64,000 nt of DNA from Tetramitus jugosus (lineage: Eukaryota > Protista > Heterolobosea), in assembly GCA_937625935.1 (NCBI GenBank), contig OW569354.1, positions 434,001 through 498,000 on the forward strand. The letters run 5' to 3'. Positions 54,701 to 64,000 of the stretch are shown here, piece after piece; positions within the stretch are counted from its first letter, which is position 1, and the number at the start of each line of letters is the position of its first letter. The notes beneath the pieces were generated by a model that was not told the DNA's origin, made no database searches, and was given only the letters and a program-made list of their open reading frames with translations. The position numbers and the translations under genes were made by a program.

Positions 54701-57320
54701 CACGCGCGAGCTAATTATTATACCACCTTCTGCCAACAGGTCCAAAGTTTCAATCATCTTCATTATCTCAAATTGAGTATTCAGTTCAGCTCTGGAGCTT
54801 GCAGCATCCAAACCATCAAACAACAATATCACTTGCCCACGATCGATCGCAGTCATTAACATAACTTCAATCTCCTTCGAGTAGTCCACATTTTTATGCA
54901 ACAATTTATCGGCACTCGCTTGGATTATTTTCTTTTTGAACGATATGCTGCATGTGATTTCTCGAAGATTGATAATTGGGACAAATATAGGTATGTAAGT
55001 ATTGTCATCGTCTAGAGCCTTCTGAGCATATTCTTTCAGAAGAGTATGCAACAGAACAGTTTTACCACTAGAGGACCCGCCTAGAACCAGAGTTCTCTGG
55101 GTTGGACTGTCTCCGAGTAACTCCAGAGCATTGTCTCCATCGTTTGAGTTCTTGAATTGGCTGAATGAATAACTATTCAAATCCTCCGAGGTAGTCCAGC
55201 TGGATTCTGTTTCATTCACCGGAGACACTCTGGGTGATATCAGTCTTGGCGACTTTGATTCATGTTGGACTTGTAGTGTTTGTTCTACAATTGAATACTT
55301 TCGACTGGTCAATGAACATTTTTGATCAAGTCTCCATGACCCTAACACTTTCTCATCATGATCTTCCATGTCAAACTCAGCACGTTGGTCAACTGACATA
55401 GACGTACAGAATTCATCTAAATGCTTCACAAGGAAAGAATCCATTTGAATGTTGACTTCCTTGTTGAAAAGAGGTGCTATTAACTTATTTCGAAGTATAA
55501 GATTTAAATACTTGTTACGTGCCTTGTTTCTCTGTGCTTCCGGAACAGGACTATCTAAGGGAGACAAAAAGTCACTTCCACCACCATATTGTCCCACATT
55601 CATCATATGTGAAGGGTTGAATGGGAACTCTCCTGATATCTTTGTCGCATAGAGCAATGATTCCTTAGTTACTCTATTTGGTGATTGTGTACAAAGTTCA
55701 TTCATTAGTCCTCTTTGCGCAAATAGATTGAACATTTGCTTGTCATATGTCCTAAAATATGCCCGCTTAAATGTTATCCACTCTACACCATTCGGAAGCT
55801 CCTGTGCGCCAAAGTTATCATTCCAAAACATTGAAGCATCTTGTAGAGTGGGTATCTTTTTGACATCCCTGTCCCAAACCACTTGATCGCCTTTTAGCAT
55901 CATGTTCATATAGCTCGTTATCTCTTGCATGAACGATGTCCGAGTGTCGTCATTTAAAAACTCGATGACCTCTTCCGCCGTTGGTCGAAGCGCATCATCT
56001 CTGTTACAACATTGAAGCACTACTGCAACTAGTTTTTGATCGACACTAGGGTTTTCGTTTAACAAATTAAACAGAAAATTAGTTTCATCTAATATGCGTT
56101 CATGTAGGTTATTCGTGTCCATCAGTTGTTTCCATCTGTTCCATCCAATCAACATTTGCAGCAGAAGAATACCCGTGGACCACATATCAACAGATTCATT
56201 ATAAGGTAAACTCTCAAATATCTCTGGAGCCATATACAATCTAGTACCTCGCACTGATTTCATGGCAGAATAATTATGTATAACATCTCTCATAAATCCA
56301 AAATCTGTCAAATGAAGAGATAGCATATGAACTGGAATACCTTGAATACTTAAACTATCATCACTATCATTTGCAATCACTACATCTTCATCAACTTGTT
56401 TGTGTGACCGCTGTTGTTCTTGTTCATTTACATTTACATCAAATATACTTGATGTCTCAGACTCTAACTCACTCAGCAGTGGTGTACTTTCTCCTGAGTT
56501 TCTCTCTAATTCATTCAACTTTTTTTTCATCATGTGCAGAATCGACCGGTGATACATTGTATCTTCACTCTCACTCGTAGCCACACCATTCACAGTCAAT
56601 GAGGATGCTTGACTGTTTTTCCTCTTTCGAATTTTGAACAAACAATTGTCAGGTTTCACATCCCGATGTACCAGTCCATGAGAGTGCAAGAACTGTAGTG
56701 CATCACACAACTGCAACAGCCATGTCTTGATCAAGAAAGTGGGAACCTCGCCTCTTCGTATCACATCCTCCAAGCTACCACATTCACACTCATCCATCAA
56801 CACATAATGTTCATACTCTGTCTCACCAGCAAAATTCGTAAAATTAGTATAGAATTGCTCATGGTGCGTACAAATGTTCGAATGCTGTTGCGAATACAGT
56901 ATCACTTGACTCAATTGCTTTTGTTGTTCCTCTAATTCCTCACTATCGGAACAAAGTGTTCTCTTTAGGGCATATACTTGATTGGTTCCTCGTTCAATGG
57001 CACGATAGACCTGACCTTCAACTCCACCACCTACTCTTTCATAACAACATGTACGCACACGGTATCAGTGGCCAGAACACTCAAATACAAACAAACAAAT
57101 AAACAAATAAACTGCACAACATACCAATGATACTCAACAACTCAAAATCATTAAGCCTAGTTTTCTGTTTTTGTTGTTGTGGTTTTGTTGAAGAAGAAGA
57201 AGATAATAGATTTAGTGTGGGAATTGATGGAGGATGATTCGAATCATTCGAGTTATTGTTCTTGTAGTTGTTGTCGTGTTCAGCAGGACTTGCTACACTA
57301 AAGGCATTCTTTCTAGTCAT
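51785..57320 (-). CDS. Protein kinase - NACHT NTPase - HEAT-repeat protein (introns 57124-57031, 54488-54429)
   Basis: Kinase: IGGGVEGQVY, ALKR, HRDVKPDN, DFG, YMAPE. NACHT: GGSSSGKT, LLFDGLD, IISSR, IPLFL, FGHICFQEHLAS. HEAT repeats: VRAQAILTLG, VREAACIAL, VRHEAYNTL. The start may lie further upstream (57500). Confidence 0.85.
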
Positions 57321-57859
57321 TCTATGAGTATGATGATGATGAAGTGAATGGTGGTCTACCTCGTCGTCAATCAGAATAGCAATGGGAGAGTAGTTGGTAC
57401 ACGTGTTCTCGTTTCTGTTGTTGGTGGTGTTCTTGGGATTGTTGTTCCTGATATTTTCAGTTAAGAGCAAGTGGTTGGTTGATGATTGACATGGTCTCAT
57501 AGTGTTTGGAGAGCTCTCAGGGGGCAAAATTGGTTGTGGTGGGTTTGGTCTCGTGTTTTTTTTCCCTGACACCTGCTTTCCAGATATGTGTTTGAGCTTT
57601 TGCGCGCTTGGGCGCTTTTTTGCTTGAACTATTAAGACAATGTGAACCTGATGTTTCGCAGCTGAGAGTCACATCTCACCACCTGAAGGATAAGGATCAG
57701 GGACATTAGAAGATGGATATTAGTGCCAGATGATATTATCCAGTTCTCAACCGATAGTTTTGTAGCTGTCCAACGTCCAAACCTTTGGTTTCTTCCAAAT
57801 TGCCATCTTCTAAAACACTGAAATTTGACCGACTTCCCAAATTGTAAAAAACATCAAAA

Positions 57860-59791
57860 ATGGCGCACTTTCCACAAGAAAGCAAAAGCTCAACTACAGT
57901 TCCTCCAAAATCAACACAACAAACTTCTTCTTCTTTGTTTGTGAATGCTGATTCTCTGTCCCAAAGACGAACAGTCACTCTCCAGAATGCCTCCACCATC
58001 TCTCATCTCTCACAACTCTTGTCCAGTTGTTTTGGTCCCCATGCCATGAGTAAGCTCATGATTGACACCAAAAAATCAGGAATCATTGTGACGAATGATG
58101 GATGGCGTGTCATGCAACTCTCTCAATTGACTCATCCTGCCACTCAACTCATTGTCAACGCAATGAACCATTTACATCATTCATTTGGTGATGGATCAAC
58201 GTTTGCCTTGTTGTTGTGTAGTTCGTTGATGAGTGAGTGCGTGTATTGGTTGTATGGAACAAGTGTCGAAGAGATGTCTACAAGTGGTAGTACGAGTAGT
58301 ATGATTACTCATACGAGTCGTCATGAGTCAGTGCTGTGTCATGATTTGTATCATGTTTCTCATGTGATTGTTCATGAAATGTTGCCTCGTTTGGTCATTG
58401 TTGATGATTATCATGATTGTGATGATAAAAACAATCAAATGTCGTTGTTGAACAGTGGAGATGAAGTAAATGACAAAAAGTCATTCACTGGCAAGTATGA
58501 AACAGTCGGTGAGATGATGGAATTGATGATTCGACAAATATTGGGTACAAAGCATGCTACTGCCAAGTTCCAAGCAGAAATTGGTCCATTATTGGTGCGT
58601 GTGTTGCGCTGTGAAGGATATGATTCATTGTTGGACATGAAATTGTCTTGTGACAACGAAAAGAAGAAGAATGAAGATGAAAAGGATGTAATCGAGAGCG
58701 ACTTTACTTGCGGCGTTCAACAACCTTTGTCAACAACCATTGTCAAAATGGCCAATAGTGATTTGACAAAATCGAGCGTAATGCCACAAACGACCATTGT
58801 TATCGGTCAATATTTGAGCTCGATGGATCATGTCACGACTCGCACAAAAGTCAACAAGATGAAAAAGGTCAATATCTGCATCTGCACGTTTGATTTTCAA
58901 TTGCCACGTACTGTTTCTGGAATGAAACAGAACATTACCTCAGCTGATGCATTTCGAACCATGGATCAGATTCACGAAGAGTATTATCAGGCACTTGTCG
59001 ATCGATTTGTGAAACACAAGGTTCAAGTGTGCTTTACGACTGATTCCCGTACGCCTCTGCGATTGGCACAGTTGATGAGTGAAGCTTCAATTCACTTGGT
59101 GTTGTTGCCTGATGTGATGACAGACAAGGAACTGTTGTCTCTAGTCCGAGGATGTCAGGTACCGCGTATCATTACCCACAACTCAATACTGAATCGAAGT
59201 CCCGAAACAATATCACTGTGTGGTCAAGTGGATGAATTTAAAATGGTAACCATACGCCAGTCATTGTGTCGCTTTTATATCAAGTGTAACCAGTCAAACA
59301 ATATGTCAATTGTACTCAAGGGTCCAACCATGGAGTTCTTGAATGAGATTGAGATTGCAGTCGTCGATACGCTCAAGGTGTGCAGAACTATTTTATCTGG
59401 TCGCCTACCCGCTGCTTTTGTTCGTGGAGGTGGCTGTGTCGAGTCGCAACTGATGTCAATGATTGATTCTTATGTCAAGGAACATCTATTAGAGAATACG
59501 ACACTGGGACAAGTGTTTGGCTTGTTTACCAGGAGTTTAAACGTCATTCCTAAGACCTTGATTGCTAATTCATTACCATTATACAATGGAATAGTGCTGC
59601 AAAATGAACTCAATGAGTTGCACAACAGGAGCAGCAAGTTGCGAGAGGTAAATCCTTGTTGTAAGAGTGATAATGATGTGATTGAATCACTACTATTGAA
59701 ACAAAATATCATTCAGGCGAGTGTAGATCTTGTGTGTGCCCTACTAAAGGTCGATGCCCTGATCGTGCAAAGATCAGTCTTTGAACAATAA
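57860..59791 (+). CDS. Divergent group II chaperonin-like protein (BBS6/MKKS- or BBS10-like)
   Basis: SSCFGPHAMSK, VTNDG, degenerate GDGST, GGGCVE, IPKTL; much more diverged than true CCT subunits. Confidence 0.75.
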   Translation: MAHFPQESKSSTTVPPKSTQQTSSSLFVNADSLSQRRTVTLQNASTISHLSQLLSSCFGPHAMSKLMIDTKKSGIIVTNDGWRVMQLSQLTHPATQLIVNAMNHLHHSFGDGSTFALLLCSSLMSECVYWLYGTSVEEMSTSGSTSSMITHTSRHESVLCHDLYHVSHVIVHEMLPRLVIVDDYHDCDDKNNQMSLLNSGDEVNDKKSFTGKYETVGEMMELMIRQILGTKHATAKFQAEIGPLLVRVLRCEGYDSLLDMKLSCDNEKKKNEDEKDVIESDFTCGVQQPLSTTIVKMANSDLTKSSVMPQTTIVIGQYLSSMDHVTTRTKVNKMKKVNICICTFDFQLPRTVSGMKQNITSADAFRTMDQIHEEYYQALVDRFVKHKVQVCFTTDSRTPLRLAQLMSEASIHLVLLPDVMTDKELLSLVRGCQVPRIITHNSILNRSPETISLCGQVDEFKMVTIRQSLCRFYIKCNQSNNMSIVLKGPTMEFLNEIEIAVVDTLKVCRTILSGRLPAAFVRGGGCVESQLMSMIDSYVKEHLLENTTLGQVFGLFTRSLNVIPKTLIANSLPLYNGIVLQNELNELHNRSSKLREVNPCCKSDNDVIESLLLKQNIIQASVDLVCALLKVDALIVQRSVFEQ

Positions 59792-59875
59792 ACAAATGAT
59801 AAGCACTGTACACGTTTTCTATTTATTCATTCTATTGGATTCAATCCAGCAGACGTAGCACTAATCTAAATTGTA

Positions 59876-61408
59876 TTAGTCGCTCTTGACAAGAAAGCTT
59901 GTCTTTCCTTTCTTTTGCCATTGAATACCAGCCTTCGACAAAATACCCACCAACAAACTCATACGAGCTTGTCTTTCAGTCTCGGATCTGTTCACATTTG
60001 TAATGAATCTCTTTCCAAACTCCTTGTATGAAATGGACTTTGTGTTGACAAAAAGGGCACGTACAGCTCTTTCAAGCTCATCTGGATCAGTAATGTCCTC
60101 TACTTCTAACTTTACCTTCTTGCTGCCTCCAGGAGACTCCTCTTCTTCTCTCTTTCTCTTGCCTGCTGATGATGCACTGGCAGATGAAGGCGATGCAGTG
60201 CTGCTCGATGCTGGAGAAGCAATTTTCTTTGGTTCCTTGTCCGTCTTCTTTGGTCTACCACGACCTCTCTTTTTTGGCTCAGCATTTGCACCACCATCAC
60301 TACCCTCCTCGCCACCAGACTTTGACTCCTCATCCTCTGAATTGGCCTCTGATTTCACAGCAGCAGCAGCAGCCGACTCGCTTGCACCAGATGCATCTGC
60401 AGTAGCAGCATCCGGCCTCATCAATGGACCACCGTCCAACACACGCTTCAACTCCTTACCAAACTCATTCAGTCCCTCCTCATCTGAATCTTCCAACTCT
60501 GCTGGTGGCTTATAGTAGACTTGAGGATTCTCCAACTCTGCGTCCACAAACTCCTCATCGTCATCCACTCCTCCATCGTAATCGAAACCTCCTTCTTCTT
60601 CATCGCGACCACCACTCATCATTTCATCATCATCTTCAAAATCATTCTTGGATGATCTCGAAGAAGAAGAAGAAGATGACAAAGATGAAGATGGACGACC
60701 TCTTCGACCACCTCCACTTCCAGCTCCTCCACCACCACCACGACCACCAGCACCAACACCTCCAAAAGCACCTACTCTTCCCTCAAAATTCTTTCTAAAT
60801 ATGGAAGTTTCACTCGTCGTGGATTTCATTTTCTCCGCAATTCTCCGAGTGCTCTTATCCATGGCTGCTTCTGCCATTTCACTCGTGTTGGCAGCTCTCT
60901 GATTCATAACTCTCGTCTCAAAATGAACCCATTCATTATTCACCGGTATGCACATGAACTCATTATTCTCCGTCATGACTAAAATACAGTAGTGACTTGC
61001 TTCGGGCAATTGTGATTTTCCTTCATAACAATTCCGATGCGGAGTCGGAGTATTATCCTCAATAATGTACTCTCGTTTTCGTTCACGTGCATTTCGTTGA
61101 CTGGTTTCTCTCTTTTGTTCCATGAGCAACTGTTTTTCAGACTTGTAACGCTGTTGTTGTGCACTTGCAATGGCATTGGCAGTGTTCATGGGATCGAGAC
61201 CTACTTCGGCCAAATCGGATCGATCATCTTCGACTCGTTTTTTTCGTAGGAGTGTCGGAGATTTCCATTTGGAGAAATCAATGGGTTTGGGGAAACGAGT
61301 CACAGTGTAACCAATGTCTTCGACTGTGCCGAGACGAAGTGTGAATTCTTGAGTGTTGTTGGGATTAGGTTGTTGTTGTTGTTGTTGTTGTCTGTGTGAG
61401 GCGCTCAT
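59876..61408 (-). CDS. Transcription initiation factor IIF large subunit (RAP74/Tfg1)-like
   Basis: YEGK...YCILV...FMCIPVNNEWVHF dimerisation-region pattern, charged linker, C-terminal winged-helix-like region. Confidence 0.7.
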   Translation of the reverse strand: MSASHRQQQQQQQPNPNNTQEFTLRLGTVEDIGYTVTRFPKPIDFSKWKSPTLLRKKRVEDDRSDLAEVGLDPMNTANAIASAQQQRYKSEKQLLMEQKRETSQRNARERKREYIIEDNTPTPHRNCYEGKSQLPEASHYCILVMTENNEFMCIPVNNEWVHFETRVMNQRAANTSEMAEAAMDKSTRRIAEKMKSTTSETSIFRKNFEGRVGAFGGVGAGGRGGGGGAGSGGGRRGRPSSSLSSSSSSSRSSKNDFEDDDEMMSGGRDEEEGGFDYDGGVDDDEEFVDAELENPQVYYKPPAELEDSDEEGLNEFGKELKRVLDGGPLMRPDAATADASGASESAAAAAVKSEANSEDEESKSGGEEGSDGGANAEPKKRGRGRPKKTDKEPKKIASPASSSTASPSSASASSAGKRKREEEESPGGSKKVKLEVEDITDPDELERAVRALFVNTKSISYKEFGKRFITNVNRSETERQARMSLLVGILSKAGIQWQKKGKTSFLVKSD

Positions 61409-61579
61409 TGTTGTGATTGATCAATTGTTTTTGATGATGGGACTTGTGAGCTTTTTTCTCGTTTGCTTTTTTTTATAGGTTGTTTTTTCGATTCATGCTT
61501 GGAAGAAAAAACGCGTGAAGCTTTTATGTCAGACAAAGTGTTGCTTCTTGTGAAAGTGATACTAAAGGATATATTATGC

Positions 61580-62863
61580 TTATTGCTTGATAACAATGGA
61601 TTCTCTCTCTGGGCCAACACCGATCCATCGGATTGGAATCTCAAAGATTTGTTCGAGAGCCAAGACGTACTCTTGAGCTTCCTTTGGCAACTCTTCAAAG
61701 GTTCTGCACTTTGAAATGTCTTGCTTCCATCCCTTGAATGTCTGATAGGTGACTTCAACCTTGGAGAATACTTCGAGATTGGCTGGAACAGAGTGCAACT
61801 CCTCTCCATTGTACTCGTACTTTACACCGACCTTGATCTCATCAAAAGAGTCCAAGACGTCCAGTTTTGTCAAGCAAATGCCAGTGAAACCGTTCATCAT
61901 GTGACCGTACTTGACAGCAACAGCGTCCAACCAACCACATCTTCTTGGTCTTCCGGTGGTGGTTCCGTACTCGTGACCAATGTCTCTCAACTTTTGACCA
62001 ATTTCATCTTCCAACTCTGTTGGGAATGGACCACCACCGACACGTGTAGTGTAAGCCTTTACGACACCATACACATCCTTGATACTCGTTGGTGGCACTC
62101 CGAGACCAGTGCAAGCACCACCGACACATGGTGAACTGCTAGTGACATATGGATAGGTACCAAAGTCAAGATCAAGCATCACAGCATTGGCTCCTTCAAC
62201 CAAAATGGCACAGTTGGCATCTTCCTTCATCTTGCGATTCAAGTAGGACACAGTGTCCAAAATCATTGGCAACACAGCTGGAGCATACGTGTCCTTGAAC
62301 AACTTTAGTTCAGCTTCCAAATCATGCACAGACGACAGAGTAGGATACTGCTGACACAGAGAGTGGAACAACGTACGAGTTCTCTTCTCAAACACATCCC
62401 AAAAGAGCAAATCTCCGACTCTGACACCGTTTCTTGTGGCTTTGCTGCTATAAGTTGGACCAATGCCCTTCTTTGTAGTACCAATCTTGTCATTTCCAGT
62501 GAGAGCAGCCTCTTGAATGCCATCAACTTCCTTGTGGAAACCAAACACAATGTGTGCACGATCAGACACAAAGATGCGACCATTGGTATCGATTCCACCT
62601 TCCTTCAACACTCTTAGTTCCTCCAAGAGCTTTGGAATCTCAACAACAACACCGTTACCAATCAAATTGGTGCACGTTGGAGTCAGGATACCACTGGGCA
62701 ACAAATTGGTGGCAAATTTCTTCTTTCCCAACACAATAGTATGGCCAGCATTGGCACCACCATTGTATCTTGCAATAATCTTTTGATCTTGAGCAATTAG
62801 ATCGACTAATTTACCCTTTCCTTCATCTCCCCATTGACCTCCGACGACGACTGTGACTGGCAT
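61580..62863 (-). CDS. ADSS: Adenylosuccinate synthetase
   Basis: GGQWGDEGKGK, GGANAGHT, IGTTKKGIGP, EYGTTTGRPRRCGW, TKLDVL. Confidence 0.98.
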   Translation of the reverse strand: MPVTVVVGGQWGDEGKGKLVDLIAQDQKIIARYNGGANAGHTIVLGKKKFATNLLPSGILTPTCTNLIGNGVVVEIPKLLEELRVLKEGGIDTNGRIFVSDRAHIVFGFHKEVDGIQEAALTGNDKIGTTKKGIGPTYSSKATRNGVRVGDLLFWDVFEKRTRTLFHSLCQQYPTLSSVHDLEAELKLFKDTYAPAVLPMILDTVSYLNRKMKEDANCAILVEGANAVMLDLDFGTYPYVTSSSPCVGGACTGLGVPPTSIKDVYGVVKAYTTRVGGGPFPTELEDEIGQKLRDIGHEYGTTTGRPRRCGWLDAVAVKYGHMMNGFTGICLTKLDVLDSFDEIKVGVKYEYNGEELHSVPANLEVFSKVEVTYQTFKGWKQDISKCRTFEELPKEAQEYVLALEQIFEIPIRWIGVGPERESIVIKQ

Positions 62864-63671
62864 AGTGTGTGATATGAAAACTAAGAAGTAGTTGTAGTTT
62901 TAGTAGTAATAGTTTTAGCTATTATGGTGTTTGTTGTTGAGCTCTAGGAGTTTGCCGAAGCACACAAAAAACAATAAACAGAGAGTTTGGTTGTTTTAAG
63001 CTTAAGGAATCATATGCAAAGTGTGTTGATTCGATTTTTTGTTTGTGGAGGCTGCCTGCGACGTGTGTGGGAGATCGATCGTGATCGTTGGTGCTGAATT
63101 GATTCCGTATCCAAAATATTTGACTGGGCTTCTTATTCCCGACGGCATCAGAACTTCCAAGTTGTTCCTGTCGTAAAACAGTTTTCGCTCGCTGAACCCT
63201 ACTTATTCTTTGAATAGCAGGTTGTGACTTGGTTGAAATGGACAGAGAAGGTGCACTGGGTACATTTCCTTAGGTTCTGCAGGTGGAAACGTCTCCACTT
63301 TGGTGAAATACAATGATTGCGAGAGGAGAAACGAGAGTGCTTCAAACTTCAGTCATTCTTCAGCTAATAAAGGTATAGATGTTCAGTCATACTTTACAAC
63401 GAAACGTCTTGACCAAAAAACGAACTGACGTTGCCGACGGAGAATACCAACGAAAACCGCGAAAGATTTGACCTGAAAACATCAAGTGTTGTTCAGCTAA
63501 AGTCCCGTTCTTGGTGGCCAAAAAAATCTCCTCCAAGTCGCTCCTCACAAAAAACGTTCATCATCGCCGCAAGCAACAACAAAAAAAACATTTTTTTTTC
63601 ATCTTCTTCTTTGAACGAACCAATCACCAATCAACTCTTTATATAAAAACAACACCAACGACAACACAAAA

Positions 63672-64000
63672 ATGGCTCAATCCAAAAACTCACAATACGA
63701 CTATTTAATCAAGCTCTTGCTCATTGGTGATTCAGGTGTAGGAAAATCTTGCTTGCTATTGCGTTTTTCTGATGACACATTTACCACTAATTTCATAACA
63801 ACTATTGGGTATGTTGAGAGCTTTTTTTCTCTCTCTGTGTGTCAATGATGAGAGAGCGCGTACTTGTTGTTCCTCAAAAAAGCTTTTTTCATTGACAAGA
63901 AATCAAACAGCAAACTAACAAACATTTCATGTCACTTATACAGTATTGATTTCAAGATTCGTACCATTGAATTAGACGGCAAGCGCATTAAGCTTCAAAT
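63672..64000 (+). CDS. RAB8: Rab8/Sec4-family GTPase, 3'-partial (intron 63809-63943)
   Basis: [38 protein letters not shown]|[18 protein letters not shown]. Confidence 0.92.

Overview
Gene-dense, intron-poor eukaryotic DNA using the standard code, with short GT-AG introns (mostly GTATG donors) and CAA-rich 5' leaders. It is most consistent with a compact-genome protist that has a flagellated stage (IFT27 and a BBS-type chaperonin are present); Heterolobosea/Discoba is a guess. About 30 ordinary genes are present, including EFL1, cathepsin B, GDPD, a GPAT-like acyltransferase, GT61, a DDX60-like helicase, two ABCB half-transporters, CCT4, Rab2, Rab8, TFIIF-alpha and ADSS, plus two tRNAs. The 3.9-14 kb region is accessory. 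(1) A 3.67-kb DNA transposon (10285-13950) has TTAA flanks and GG...CC terminal inverted repeats (Kolobok-type ends) but no recognisable transposase. It carries an intact Fanzor1 RNA-guided nuclease whose putative omegaRNA hairpin is built from the TIR, together with a captured VPS35 fragment and an F-box-like ORF. (2) A 5'-truncated non-LTR retrotransposon with a poly(A) tail and a perfect 15-bp TSD sits 44 bp upstream of tRNA-Val, in the same geometry as Dictyostelium TRE5. Elsewhere there is an NLR-like kinase-NACHT-HEAT gene, a highly structured CCT4 intron and a 47-aa actobindin-like microprotein missed by the ORF track. All protein calls come from motif recognition; no database search was run.
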